NCBI GenBank assembly: GCA_951406725.2
Contig: OX597831.1
Location: 3,658,001-3,722,000 of the forward strand
Source: Octopus vulgaris
Lineage: Eukaryota
Length of the DNA: 64,000 nucleotides
Direction: 5' to 3'
A model generated the notes under the pieces. The model saw nothing but the letters and a program-made list of their open reading frames with translations, was not told the DNA's origin and made no database searches. Positions within the stretch are counted from its first letter, which is position 1. Each line of letters begins with the position of its first letter. Positions 39,253 through 53,147 of this stretch are shown piece by piece. The position numbers and the translations under genes are program-made.

Positions 39253-39674
39253 TCTTTAAATAAACTGAAACCTGTTGGACAACAAGCGTATCAGGCTTGT
39301 ACTCGTTCGATAAGAGGCTCTGAGAAGGCTGCCATATAAATCTTACAATCACAGTTGAAGAATATGGATTCTACCCTTTCGTAATTTTGCAATTTGGCTG
39401 TTATGTTGGTTTGAGTACACGAAATCGTGCTGTTAGTGTCAGGTGTTGACTTCAACAGCGCTCACATGACAATTGTTTACGAAGTTACCCAAGGTACTTT
39501 AACGATAACAATGTAGAAATTGTGTGCGCGCGCGTGGGTGGGGGTGTGTGTGTGAGGGAAAGAGAGTGAAACATCGTGACACGATTGTCATACTCTTAGA
39601 TACCAAAAACAGCAGAAAACACTTGAAAATCGTGATTTAAAAAAAGGTACAAGAAATAAGAAATAAAAACAACT

Positions 39675-40960
<1,286 letters not shown>

Positions 40961-43900
40961 CTGTCTTCCCCCCTTTCTATTGTCAGCTTATTCGTCATGT
41001 GCAAGCATTTCCTTCACATTTCCAATTTAAATTCTATTCTTTGAATGCAGAAACTGTTGTTTTACTGATATCTCATGAGGTGAATAATGTTGTTTCTTCA
41101 GACACAAGATCTTTACCATAAAGATGGTACTTCTTTCCCAATTCAGTTGTGCATCGTCATCATCATTTAACGCCCGTTTTTTCATGCTGGCATGGGTTGG
41201 ATGGCTTGATAAGAACTGGCAAGGCCAGGGGCCACACCAGGTTCGATGGTCTGTTTTGACTTGGTTCCTACAGCTGGATGCCCTTCCAGTTCCAACCACT
41301 TTACAGAGTGTACTGGGTGCTTTTTATGTGGAACCAGCACCAGTGCCTTTTACATGGCACTAACACCCGCACCAATGCTTTTTACGTGGCACCTTGGTTT
41401 TAGAGTCCCAATTCTGTTGTGTTGAATGGGTCTTCTTGAGTACAGCAATGTGCCAAGGAGAGGGAGTGAGAAATGAAGAACCCTTCTGTGTAGAGGTGTT
41501 AGTCATTGATTGATAGGTCGTTTTTCCAGAAGATCTGATTCCTAGTTTCGATTTTGGATTTGGTTTGCAAGATTCTTTATATGAGTTTGTGTGTTGAAGC
41601 ATATTCTGTTGTGTCTGGGGAGAGTCATTCTCTTTTGGTGCCTTATAATATAACACATTCACCAGTAAAATTTCCACTTTTTTCTTATTTTTATTTTCCT
41701 AAAATTTTCGTTGCGTCTTCTATGGAAAAGGTTGCAAGACGCAACGGAAAATTTAGGAAAATAAAAATAAGAAAAAAGTGGAAATTTTACCGGTGAGTGT
41801 GTTATATTATATATTTCTTTACTGCTCACAAGGGGCTAAACATAGAGGGGACAAACAAGGACAGACAAAGGGATTAAGTCGATTACATCGACCCCAGTGC
41901 GTAACTGGTACTTATTTAATCGACCTCGAAAGGATGAAAGGCAAAGTCGATCTTGGCGGAATTTGAACTCCGAACGTAATGGTAGACGAAATACCTATTT
42001 CTTTACTACCCTCAAAGGGTTAAACACACAGAGAACAAACAAGGACAGACAAAGGGATTAAGTCGATTATATCGACCCCAGTGCATAACTGGTACTTATT
42101 TAATCGACCCTGAAAGGATGAAAGGCAAAGTCAATCTCGGCGGAATTTGAACTCGGAACGTAACAGCAGACAAAATACGGCTACGCATTTCGCCCAGTGT
42201 GCTAACATTTCTGCCAGTTCGCCACCTTAGTGTGTTATATCATAAGGTACAAAAAGAAGATGACTCTCCCCAGACACAACAGAATCTGATTCCTAGTGTT
42301 TTACAGATAGGGTAAACTGAACTGAAGCACATCATGATCATTGTTTAACATCTGTCTTCCATGCAGGCATAGGTAGGACAGTTTGACAGGAGCCGGCCAG
42401 GTAGCAGCAGACTACCCTGTTCAGTGTTTAAAAAATCCCATTATATTTTTAGTGTTAAATATTATTAGGAACTGTATTTAAAAAATTGCTAAAGTACATG
42501 ATGTATTGGTAGATGTATAAGGAATTTATTGCTCATAAATTTTAACAAAAAACCTTATATGGCTCCCATCCCTCCAAGGGCCATATGGACCCCAGTTGTG
42601 AATCAGTGTTCTTGGGGAATTCTGATGTTATGTTAGAATTTAAATTATATAAAAGTTTGGTTATTTGATATTAAATAAACTAAGCCCTATGAAGTGTAAG
42701 GTTGCTGTAATCTTCATTTCAGTTGTCATCATCTTCATCATTGTCATCATTTGGTGCTTGTATTCCATGATGGCATGGGTTGGATGGTTCAGCAGGATCT
42801 GATTATCCTGAGGGCTGTTGGTCCCCACTGTCTTTGGAGAGGTTTCTTATTTCTTTATTGCCCACAAGGGGCTAAATATATAAGGGACAAACAAGGACAG
42901 ACAAAGGGTTTAAGTCGATTACATTGACCCCAGTGCATAACTGGTACTTGATTTATCGACCCCGAAAGGATGAAAGGCAAAGTTGACCTTGGCGGAATTC
43001 GAACTCAGAACGTAATGGCAGACGAAATACTGCTAAGCATTTCGCCCGGCGTGCTAACGTTTCTGCCAGTTCGCTCGCCATCTTTGGAGAGGTTTCTATG
43101 GCTGGATACCCTTCCCAACTCCAACAACTTTATAGAGTGTACTCAGTGCTTTGTTTTGTGGCACCAAGACTAAAGAGCCCTTGACAGAATAGGAGTGCAG
43201 CATTAAAGGAGGTTGCTGTGTGCCAGATGTTGAGAGGCTGAATTGTGAAAGAGGAACGAGAACAGGTGTCTTGCTGTAAAGGAGATACCTGGTCACCGAA
43301 GGAAGAAAAGGGAGAAAGGATCAGGGAGAGAGCCCTCAATTGAATTCACTTTATTTATAATAACTGTGTCATGATGCTGTTACGTTAAATGACTTTTTTC
43401 CAATTGTACTCACCTGTTGTTGTTAAAGAAATTAGCAAAGATTACCTCAGCATGACCATCACTGTTGAGGAATGATAATTTCTCAAAAATGAAGTTGGCT
43501 ATAAAGGCAAAAATGACGTGTGGTATTTGTTGTTTAGCTCTGAGTATATTCTGACCCAGTTGACCAATGGACAAAGATGTTCCATCTATGATATGACCAT
43601 GTGTCTTTGTCTCCCCACCCACTGCCCTCACCAAGTATCATCTATCTTGGACTATATTATCCAATATCATATACTCTTTTACTTATTTCAGTCATTTGAC
43701 TGCGGCCATGCTGGAGCACTGCCTTTAGTCGAGCCAATCGACCCCAGGACTTATTCTTTGTAAGCCTAGTACTTATTCTATCGGTCTCTTTTGCCGAACT
43801 GCTAAGTTACGGGGACGTAAACACACCAGCATCAGTTGTCAGGCAATGTTGGGGGGACAAACACAGACACAAACATATACACACACTTATATATATATAT

Positions 43901-44094
43901 ATATATATACATATATACGATGGGCTTCTTTCAGTTTCCGTCTACCAAATCCACTCACAAGGCTTTGGTCGGCCCAAGGCTATAATAGAAGACACTTGTC
44001 CAAGGTGCCACGCAGTAGGATTGAACCCGGAACCATGTGGTTGGTAAGCAAGCTACTTACCACACAGCCACTCCTGCGCCTTTTATGACATTAA

Positions 44095-44314
44095 CCCTTT
44101 CGCGTCCAGATTACATTGTCAAATATATTGCCTATTCATTCACATTGTTTTGAACTAATCATGCATTTTCTTGTAGCTTTGAGATTTCAATGATGTGATT
44201 GTTTATTTTTAGAATGATGTTGTATGGCAGGTGTCAGGGGCCATATCTGGTCATTTTGAACATAAAACAATTAGAATATTTGAGCTGTGTATGGCTGGTT
44301 TAAATGCTAAAGGG
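44095..44314. mobile_element. piggyBac-like MITE family (ttaa-CCCT...AGGG)
   Basis: Related copies at about 45806-46025 and a partial one at about 21520-21702. A second TTAA-flanked family occurs at about 53331-53555 and about 17600-17812. Confidence 0.6.
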
Positions 44315-44662
44315 TCAGGATGAGATTTGATGAGGGTTTGGCTGCCATTTCTAGCATGTTCAGTAACTTAATAAAGACATCCACGTTGGTCTGGATGTCT
44401 GTTAGTGAATTACAAAGCAAACAGTCTCATGGTACTCAAACATACACTGGTTTTTGCTTTCACCAATTCGTCTCTTGATGTTGACCACCGTTATAATTTC
44501 CTTGAAGTTCAGTGATTAATGTATTAATTACATTCATTATGGTTGCAGGCCAAGCCTCTTCAGCTGGGGGATGGCATTAACCACAGCAGAATTGTAAATA
44601 CTGCTCCCCTTGCTGAAGAGGATTGGTCTACAGAGCCCTGTGCTGGCATCACTTAAAAGACT

Positions 44663-44885
44663 CCTGTACTGGTGCCATGTACAGAACACCTGTGCTGGTA
44701 TCATGTACAGAACACCTGTGCTGGTATCATGTACAGAACACCTGTGCTGGTATCATGTACAGAACACCTGTGCTGGTATCATGTACAGAACACCTGTGCT
44801 GGTATCATGTACAGAACACCTGTGCTGCTATCATGTACAGAACACCTGTGCTGGCAGCACATATAACAGCACCTGTACCAGTGCC
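44663..44885. repeat. 26-bp minisatellite (cctgtgctggtatcatgtacagaaca), about 7-8 copies
   Basis: Head-to-tail copies with no spacers, inside an RTE-associated repeat. Confidence 0.95.
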
Positions 44886-45271
44886 ATGTAAAAAGTACTT
44901 GTGCTGATACTACTTAAAAAGCTCTTATGCTTGGCGTCACATTGTAGTACCCATGCCGGTGCCGTGTAGAAGAACCCATACTGGTGCCACATAAAAGCAC
45001 CTAGCATACTCTGTAAAGTGGTTGGCATTAGGAAAGGTATCCAACCATAGAAGCCAAGCCAAATCAGACAGGAACCTGGTGTAGCTGTCTGGCTTATCTA
45101 GCTCTGGTCAAACCGTCCAACCCATGCCAGCATGGAAAACAATTGCTAAATGATAACAATGATGATGGTTACATTCATTGTGGCTGTTTTTTATGTTGCA
45201 TTGAATGATGTGAAAACTACTGATAACTTATGTTTAAGAACATCTTTTAAATTATTTTTATGCAGCTGAAA

Positions 45272-45410
45272 ATGGTGAAAATTACTGTAAAAAGGAATGA
45301 TGAACCGCAGTTTCTGCATGAAACCACTGGTGACACTGCAATTGATGTCCTCATTACAAATATAACCACTATCTATAATGGCAGATTGAAAATTGAGCGG
45401 ATATGTTTAG
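45272..45410 (+). CDS. CFAP298: CFAP298 (C21orf59/Kurly) coding exon 1
   Basis: Encodes MVKITVKRNDEPQFLHET...IYNGRLKIERICL, matching the CFAP298 N-terminus as I recall it (MVxLHVKRGDESQFL...YNGRLKxxRLC). Acceptor tgcag at 45261-45265 implies an upstream UTR exon. Donor G|gtttgt at 45411, phase 1. Confidence 0.93.
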
Positions 45411-46549
45411 GTTTGTATTACAAAATTATCCAAAATATTTGTGTGTCCTGCTGTGTATTCTTTACATTTATTAATTAAAGCAAATAAATCTCCCTCAGTA
45501 ATTTCCTTGCCAAGGTGATGTCGAACCTCTGGAGGTCTTCCCCAATCACGTCCAGCCATCTGATATGGGGCCTACCACAAGACCTCTTCTACCCCACAGC
45601 TGCTGCATTGAATGAGAGTAAGACCCTTGTAGGATAATCTAGCAAGAGGCGGAGGATGGAGAGGGGCGTGAGATCATCAGCGATGGAGAGCACTGGTTTA
45701 CCTGGTTGGCATGATGACGTCTCTGGGACCCCTGGCCTGGGATGGCCCCCAGCACCATCAGGCAACAGCATGAGGCAACAGCAAGCAACTTCCTTACTGT
45801 CTTTAACCCCTAAGCATTCAGATTACTACAAAATGTGATGCTTTTTTATTCACATTGTTTTGAATTAATCATGCATTATCTCGTAGCTTTGAGATTTTGA
45901 TGATGTGATTGTTTGTTTTTAGAATGGCATTGCAGGCTAGGTGTGAAAGGCCAGTTCTAGCTAGTTTGAACATAAAAACAAGTAGAATATTTGGGCTGGA
46001 TATGGCCTGTTTAAATGCTAAAGGATTAAAAAGCATCAACCACATATTTTACATCTTGGACGGTTTGACCACAATTGGCAAGCCAGAGAGCTACACCAAG
46101 TTCCAGTCTGATTTGGCTTGGCTTCTATGGTTGGATACCTTTCCTAATGCCAACCACTTTACAGTGGGTGCTGGGTGCTTTTATGTGGCACCAGCATGGG
46201 TTTTTCTACACGGCACAAGATTAATTTGGATGTTATTAAGCTGGTGTCTGGAACATCAATTAACTCGAAATTTTGATAGGTTTTAATTTGTATTACCATA
46301 TTTCTGCTGCGTTTGTTTCAATTAATTTTTGAAATAATGAAGAATTTTGTAAAAATAGCTTTCTCAAAACCTTCACAAAGTACTCTGTTTTGATCTTCTG
46401 GCCAGAAGGAACCCGGAGGATGTAAGGTAATGCCCTTCCTGTCCAAAAAAGCACCAACTACACTTTGAAAGTGATTGGTGTTAGGAAGAGTGTCCAATTA
46501 TAGAAACCATCCTTAAACTGAGATACTGGACCAAATTGTTGTCCACCAA

Positions 46550-46633
<84 letters not shown>

Positions 46634-47794
46634 ACGTACACATTCATAGACATGCGTGAGTGTGTGTGTAAATAAAGTATTTCTCTGGTGCTTCTTAAGG
46701 AAGGGAAATAACTCTGAACACACTATTTTGTATTTCATTTACTTTGAATAGTCACCGTTCAATTTAAGCTGGTTTATGAAATGATTATATGTTTATATTT
46801 GTCATTATTATAACGGCTTCAGGAAAGCCTTTTATACGATTCTTATCATTACACCACAAAAAAAAAAAAAAATGATATTCGTGTGCTGTTGTTTTCCGTT
46901 TCCTTTTTGTTTCTAGTTTTGCCAAAATGTTACTCATTAATTTATCGAAGATAGGGAATCGTTAGCACGCTGGGCAAAAATGCTTAGCGGCATTTCGTCC
47001 GTTTTTACGTTCTCAGTTCAAATTCCACCAAGGTCGACTTTGCCTTTCACTTTTTTTGGGGGTCGGTGAAATAAGTACAAGTTACGCACTGGGAGTCAAT
47101 GAAATCGACTTGTCTCTTCTCCAAAAAATTTCAGGCTTTGTGCCTTTAGTAGAAATGATTATTATTATTATTATTATTATTATTATTGGCGGCGAGCTGG
47201 CAGAATCGTTTGCACACTGGGAGAAATGCTTAGCAGTATTTTGCCTGTCGCTACGTTCTGAGTTCAAATTTCGCCGAGGTTGACTTTGCCTTTCATCCTT
47301 TTGGGGTTGATGAATTAAGTACCAGTAAAACACTGGGGTTAATGTAATTAACTAGTCCCCTCCCAACAAATTTAGAGTCTTGTGTCTTTAGTAGGATTAT
47401 TATTATTATTATTATTATTATCGTTAGCATGCCAGCCCTTTAAATTTTGCAATGGTTGACTTTTGCCTTTCATCCTTTCTGGGTTGATAAAACAATTATC
47501 AGTTGATCCCTGGGGTTGATGTAATTGACTTTCTCCTCCCCTGAAATTGCTCCTGTTGGGAAGGGGGAAATGCAGTGACTGGAGAGAATCTGGGTATATG
47601 GAGGGAGAGCACATTGAGTGAAATGCTCAGCGGTATTTCGTCTGCCACTACATTCTGGGGGTTGACTTTGCCTTTCATCCTTTCAAGGTCGATAAATTAA
47701 GCACCAGTTGAGTATTGGGGTCAATGTAATCGACTAGTCCCCTTCCCGAAAATCTGAAGCCTTGTGCCTTCAGTTGAAAGGATTATTATTATTG

Positions 47795-48161
47795 CTAGCA
47801 CTATGACCCGGCAACGCCGGGTTATAATGCTAGTGCATGCATATACAGCTGCGTGCGTGCGCACACACACGCGAGTACTGTCCAAATCTCTGAACAATCA
47901 CATACAGCTAGCTAGCATTCAATTGGCGTATCAAATTTCAGGCATTTTATTGGGTTTTGGATAGAAAATTCACAAAAGAGTCACTTCTATTGACTTTTTA
48001 GTGGCTTTGCGGGGTGACTGGGGAAATGTAAAGATGTGCATGACCACCTTTGGATGGTTTTGAATGACCATAGAAAGTGCGAGCTCTCTAACTGAAAAAT
48101 TGTGGATTTGTATAAAGGACACACACACAGACAGACATTTTGCCGTTTATATATAGAGAGA
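47795..48161 (-). mobile_element. Non-autonomous Helitron-type element
   Basis: On the minus strand: tctctctatatataaa...aacccggcgttgccggg...gCTAG. Confidence 0.65.
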
Positions 48162-48544
48162 TTATTATCTTTTTAATTATTATTATTATTATTATTATTA
48201 TTGTTATTATTATTATGGCAATGAACTGGCAGAATCATTAACCAGGCAAAATGCTTAGTGGCCTTTTGTCTGTCCTTACGTTCTGAGATGAAATTCTGTC
48301 AAGGTTGACTTTGCCTCTCATCCTTTTTGGGGTTGATAAATTAAGTACCAGTGAAACACTGAAGTCAATGTAATCAACTAGTCCCCCTTCCCCAAAATTT
48401 CAGGATTATTATTATTATTATTATTATCAAAGGTGGTGAGTTGGCAATTGACTTACCCCTTCCCCTAAATTGCTGCCCTTGTGGCAAAATTTGAAATCAT
48501 CATCATCATCATTATTTATTATTATTATTATTATTATTTGGCAG

Positions 48545-48712
48545 AGTTAGGAGAGCTGGCCAAGCATGGAACCTCCCTGCCTATCAACATGCAAGGCCTT
48601 ACAGATGAGCAAATTACAGAATTAAAACTGATAGATGAATGGGCTGAGAAGTGCAGGCCCAGTGGTGGAGATGCCTTCAACAAGGACACAATGGGACGAC
48701 GCAATGGAATTG
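48545..48712 (+). CDS. CFAP298: CFAP298 coding exon 2
   Basis: Encodes (E)LGELAKHGTSLPINMQGLTDEQITELKLIDEWAEKCRPSGGDAFNKDTMGRRNGI. ggcag acceptor, G|gtaagt donor, 168 nt, phase 1-1. Confidence 0.95.
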
Positions 48713-49239
48713 GTAAGTTTTAACTCTCATACTCGAGGCCAGCATTTCTCAACTGGGGTTCCTCAGAATCCTAGGGTTCTGCTGCGGTAAAATCCTGACA
48801 CTCCTGTGGGATAGCAAGTCAACTATCCTAAACCGTATATAGGTGCATGTGCACTGTCAATGAGGGACAGTGTGGTGTGTGCGGGTGCTTTGTGAAGACA
48901 GTCATAGAAGTCATTGGGAAGAGATATTGTTTGTTACATGTTGTTTCTGATTTATATTTGTATTTTTGGAAATATTAAATTTCTAAATATCTCATAGAGA
49001 TATGTACGTACGGTGGTGGGGCGATAGAATGGTTGTAGACAGTCAATCTAACACGAACGTGACAGTAGGGGGTTACACCACCGCTGTTTAGCCCTAGGAA
49101 GCATCGATGCCTCCTGATGGAAAAAATGTGTCAAAGCCATCAGGAAGCGTCGATGCTTCCTAGGGCTAAACAGCGGTGGTGTAATCCCCTACTGTCACGT
49201 TAAATTGACAGTATACAACCATTTGTATTCTTATAATCT

Positions 49240-50726
49240 TGTTGTAAGTCCATGTTACAAAGTGGCATATATAGTGAGTTCAAAGAAGGACCTAACAGTG
49301 TCAGCAAGACACAACTGTGGTGACAAGACATTCGAAGTTCGCAGTGGACGGTCTTAGCATGGAAGACCTGTTTAGCTTTCGTGGTTCAGTTGCAACGGCA
49401 ACTACAGCGGCAGCAACAAGAAAAATATTACAGCATTACAAGCGTTTTTAGGGCTTGCGTACTATTACCAAACATACATGTTAAGCCTGCATAGCACAGT
49501 CGGTAGAGCATCAGACTTTTATGACTGAATCTTCACAGCGTCATCTGAGGGTCGTGGGTTTCAAGTCCCCCTGCGGGCAAAGCATTTGTTTTTGACCGAT
49601 AGAATAAGTACTGGGCTTCCAAAGAATAAGTCCCGGGGTCGATATGCTTGACTAAAGGCGGTGCTCCAGCATGGCCGCAGTCAAATGACTGAAACAAGTA
49701 AAAGAGAGAGTAAAAGAGTATACATACCAAACATGCATGAGCTAAGAGCACCCCTAAACAACCTATTGAAAAAAGGTGTAAAATGGTATTGGTCAGACAG
49801 GTATCAAAAAGCCTTTGAAGAAATTTTAAAAGTTTTAACATCAGAACTGTCATTATTGCACTTTGATCCAAATTTAAAAATAGTAGTAGCAACAGATACT
49901 AGCAAAAGTGGTATAGGAGTGGTAATTTTATGCAAGCATGGAAATGGTAGCGTAAAACCCATTGCACATGCTTCACATTTATTGTTGGCGGCTGAAAAAA
50001 AACTACAGCCAAATTGTGAAGGAGCAATTATTTTTGTGTTGAAAAAATTTCAAAAATTCATACGTGGAAGGAAATTCAGTCTGCAAGCAGATAACCGCCC
50101 ATTGTTATCAATTTATGGATTTGAAGAGGGTATCCCCACACATATACTCAACTGATTGCAGTGCTGTGGGACGATCAGCACCGCCTCGACTGGCTTCCGT
50201 GCCGGTGGCACATAAAATACACCAATCTGACCGTGGCCGTTGCCAGCCCCGCCTGGCACCTGTGCAGGTGGCACGTAAAAAGCACCCACTACACTCACGG
50301 AGTGGTTGGCGTTAGGAAGGGCATCCAGCTGTAGAAACATTGCCAAATTTAGACTGGAGCCTGGTGCAGCCTTCTGGCTTCCCAGAACCCCGGTCGAACC
50401 GTCCAACCCATGCTAGCATGGAGAACGGACGTTAAACGACGATGATGATGATGATGAAGATGGAATTTCTACCTTCGAAAAAATTTGGGCACGCGGATGG
50501 GCTGTCAAGATTGATCCCTAAATACAGTGAACTGTTAGAAGATACTGTGATAGCAGCTTTAAAAGGCAAAATTGTAGTAAAAAATACACTCTGCAACATA
50601 GTATGCAAACTAGCTGTCACTTTTGAAGAAATAAAAATTAAAGCAGAGAAGGGTGTGTTCATAATAGAAATGAAAAAGATAGTTAAGTTTGAAACAAATA
50701 CAAAAACTCATGTAACTGAGCTATAG
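49240..50726 (+). mobile_element. Internally deleted Ty3/Gypsy LTR element remnant with nested insertions
   Basis: Short LTR-like tgttgt...acaac (49240-49315) and PBS-like tggtgacaag. Gag-like start MEDL...QLQRQ, then LQAFLGLA.YY, YIPNMHELRAPLNNLLKK, ATDTSKSGIG, KFSLQADNRPL and FGHADGLSRL (RT thumb/RNase H). Confidence 0.85.
49485..49579 (+). tRNA. tRNA-Lys(UUU)-like sequence with 21-nt intron, probably a pseudogenic retrocopy
   Basis: Acceptor stem GCCTGCA/TGCGGGC, D-loop AGTCGGTA, anticodon stem TCAGA/TCTGA with TTT at 49518-49520. Intron 49522-49542 sits at the canonical 37/38 position. T-arm GGGTTTCAAGTCCC has an extra T and the D-stem has a mismatch. Confidence 0.85.
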
Positions 50727-50993
50727 TAATACCAAGGGGTAATATTTATGCCCATTTAAATACAGATGTTCTGTTAGGACAAATTATACTTTAGTAGATA
50801 CCATGAGAGAAACTCTCATATTGGTTTTTGGTGCAAAATGCAAAACAGCCAAAAAAAAAAAAAAGAAAAAGAGAACAATTTTGTACTAAAAGCCAATATG
50901 AGAGATTCTCTCTTGTTAACTACTGCAGTATAGTTTGTTCCAACAGAACATTCACGTATAAGTGGTGATAAATATTACCTCTCTATTGCTACA
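50722..50993. mobile_element. Palindromic MITE-like foldback
   Basis: Imperfect long inverted arms (ggtaatatttat...gttctgtt...gagagaaactctcatattgg / ccaatatgagagattctctc...aacagaac...ataaatattacc) around an A-rich spacer. Confidence 0.65.
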
Positions 50994-51156
50994 GTGTTCG
51001 CTTCCACCTCTACATCATTGCTCAAATGCTGTTACAATAACCATCATCATTCAACTCTGTCTCTTCATCTCAGTCATAGCATTACAGATTATAACTTTTT
51101 TCCACTTGCCACATATCTGTCGCTAATAGTTGTTGTATTTTCACTTTTTATTCCAG

Positions 51157-51224
51157 CACCCAATGAACACATGGCCGGAGTTTTAAATAAAAGTTCGAAA
51201 GAAGCAAAAGATATGATTTCCAAA
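51157..51224 (+). CDS. CFAP298: CFAP298 coding exon 3
   Basis: Encodes (A)PNEHMAGVLNKSSKEAKDMISK. ttccag acceptor, gtgagt donor, 68 nt, phase 1-0. Confidence 0.92.
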
Positions 51225-52421
51225 GTGAGTTACATTTTGTAAATTACTGTCTGCCTCTACTATTTTTCTTGTTTCCGCATCCAATATATGTATAGATGCA
51301 AACACGGCTGTACGGTTAAGAGGTGGTTCACTTTGAAACACCATAGTTTCAAATTCCAATACATTATGTGGCACCTTGGGCAAGTGTTTTGCTACTATAA
51401 CTTCAGGCTGACCAATGTAAGTGATAGCTGGTAGAAGGAAACTGTATGGAAGCCTGTATGGAAGTGTATGAGTGTGAAAATATCTGATTGTTTTCTCATT
51501 GACCTCATTCTACTTATGTCCCTCATAAACAAAATTTCTAACAGCTTGGCAGTTGGTGTGAATGAAATTGTGGAATAAAGTACCTTAATTGAAAACATAT
51601 AAAGGCTGGCAACAAGAAGAGCATTCTGCCATAGAATATTGCCTCAGGACTCTTCTAACTCATGCCGACCTGGAAAAAGCAGATGTAAATATGATAATGT
51701 TGGTAATGATACTGCTGTTGCTGGTTCTCTGGTATATTAGGTGCCACAGTTATTTTTTTTCTTTTTTAGTTTTAGCTTGAGAGCTGTGGCCATACTGGGG
51801 CACCACTGTTTATAAAGGATAAAGAGCCCTTCCCGAGTCATATAGACTCATAAGACCAGTTTCCATGGCATATATTCCCACCCTTCATGGGATGCTGGCC
51901 TGCCACAGGGTTACTCACTTCTGACAGATTAGAGAATGGGGCAATGTAAAATGAAGTGTTTTGCTCAAGAGCACAACACATTGCCTGGTCCAGGAATCGA
52001 AACCACAATCTTATGATCATGAGTTCAACACCCTTAACCTCTAAGCCACACACCTCCACGTGTTGTCATGTTATTGTCATGTTTGTTTTGTTTGGATTTT
52101 AGTTACTTGAGCATCCACCCTGGAATCTCGTAAACTAAAGTTGGGTAACTTTTTGTTTCCATTTGTGATTAGGCATAGCTGTGTAGTTAAGGAGTTTGCT
52201 CCCAACTTCTTGGCTTTTGGTTCAGTCCCACTGCACGACACATTCAACGGCTGATTGAAGGGTGTCAAAAACCCTATGACTGGATTTGGGGATTTGGTAG
52301 ATGGAGAATATAAGAAACCCACTGTGTGTGTGTGTGTGTGTATACACACATACACCCACACATCATCTATGGGGATGTAAATACACCAGGATCGGTTGTC
52401 AAGTGATATTAGAGGGGACAA

Positions 52422-52478
<57 letters not shown>

Positions 52479-52631
52479 CTACGGGCTTCTTTCAGTTTCC
52501 GTCTACCAAATCCACTCACAAGGCTTTGGTCAGCCCAAGGCTATAGTAGCAGACACTTGCCCAAGGTGCCACACAGTGGGACTGAACCTGGAACCATGTG
52601 GTTGGTAAGCAAGCTACTTACCACACAGCCA

Positions 52632-52677
<46 letters not shown>

Positions 52678-52988
52678 TACGACAGGCTTCTTTTGGTTTC
52701 CGTCTACCAAATCCACTCACAAGGCTTTGGTCGGCCCGAGGCTATAGTAGAAGACACTTGCCCAAGGTGTCACGCAGTGGGACTGAACCAGGAACCATGT
52801 GGTTGGTAAGCAAGCTACTTACCATACAGCCACTCATATATATAACCCATGCTAGCATGGAAAGCGGACGCTAAACGATGATGATGATGATATATATATA
52901 AATATTCATTCTTGATGGACATGACATTTCAAGGTTTCACTTAATTTCTCTTTGTTTCTCTTTTTTTTCTTCTTTTGGCTTCGAACAG

Positions 52989-53147
52989 AAAAAGATACAG
53001 GCTGACATTTGCGTTGATCAGAAAACAGTGAAAGATGCCCTGGACATCCTCCGTGGGGCTGTTATGATTGTCTACCCTATGGGGTTACCTCCGCATGACC
53101 CTATCAGGATGGAACTGGAAAATAAAGAACAACTTGATGGCACCCAG
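52989..53147 (+). CDS. CFAP298: CFAP298 coding exon 4
   Basis: Encodes KKIQADICVDQKTVKDALDILRGAVMIVYPMGLPPHDPIRMELENKEQLDGTQ. Long pyrimidine tract plus aacag acceptor, gtagga donor, 159 nt. Not in the ORF track; translated by hand. Confidence 0.95.

Noticed and set aside
43413-43497. Possible minus-strand exon (ttttgcctttatag ... CAG|gtgagt)
   Set aside because: The splice-like signals are good, but the peptide is unrecognisable and I found no partner exons.
43846-44088. Recurrent ORFs such as ...RLPNPLTRLWSARGYSRRHLPK...GTEPGTMWLVSKLLTTQP as a gene family
   Set aside because: They are antisense translations of the tRNA-SINE head present in many copies.
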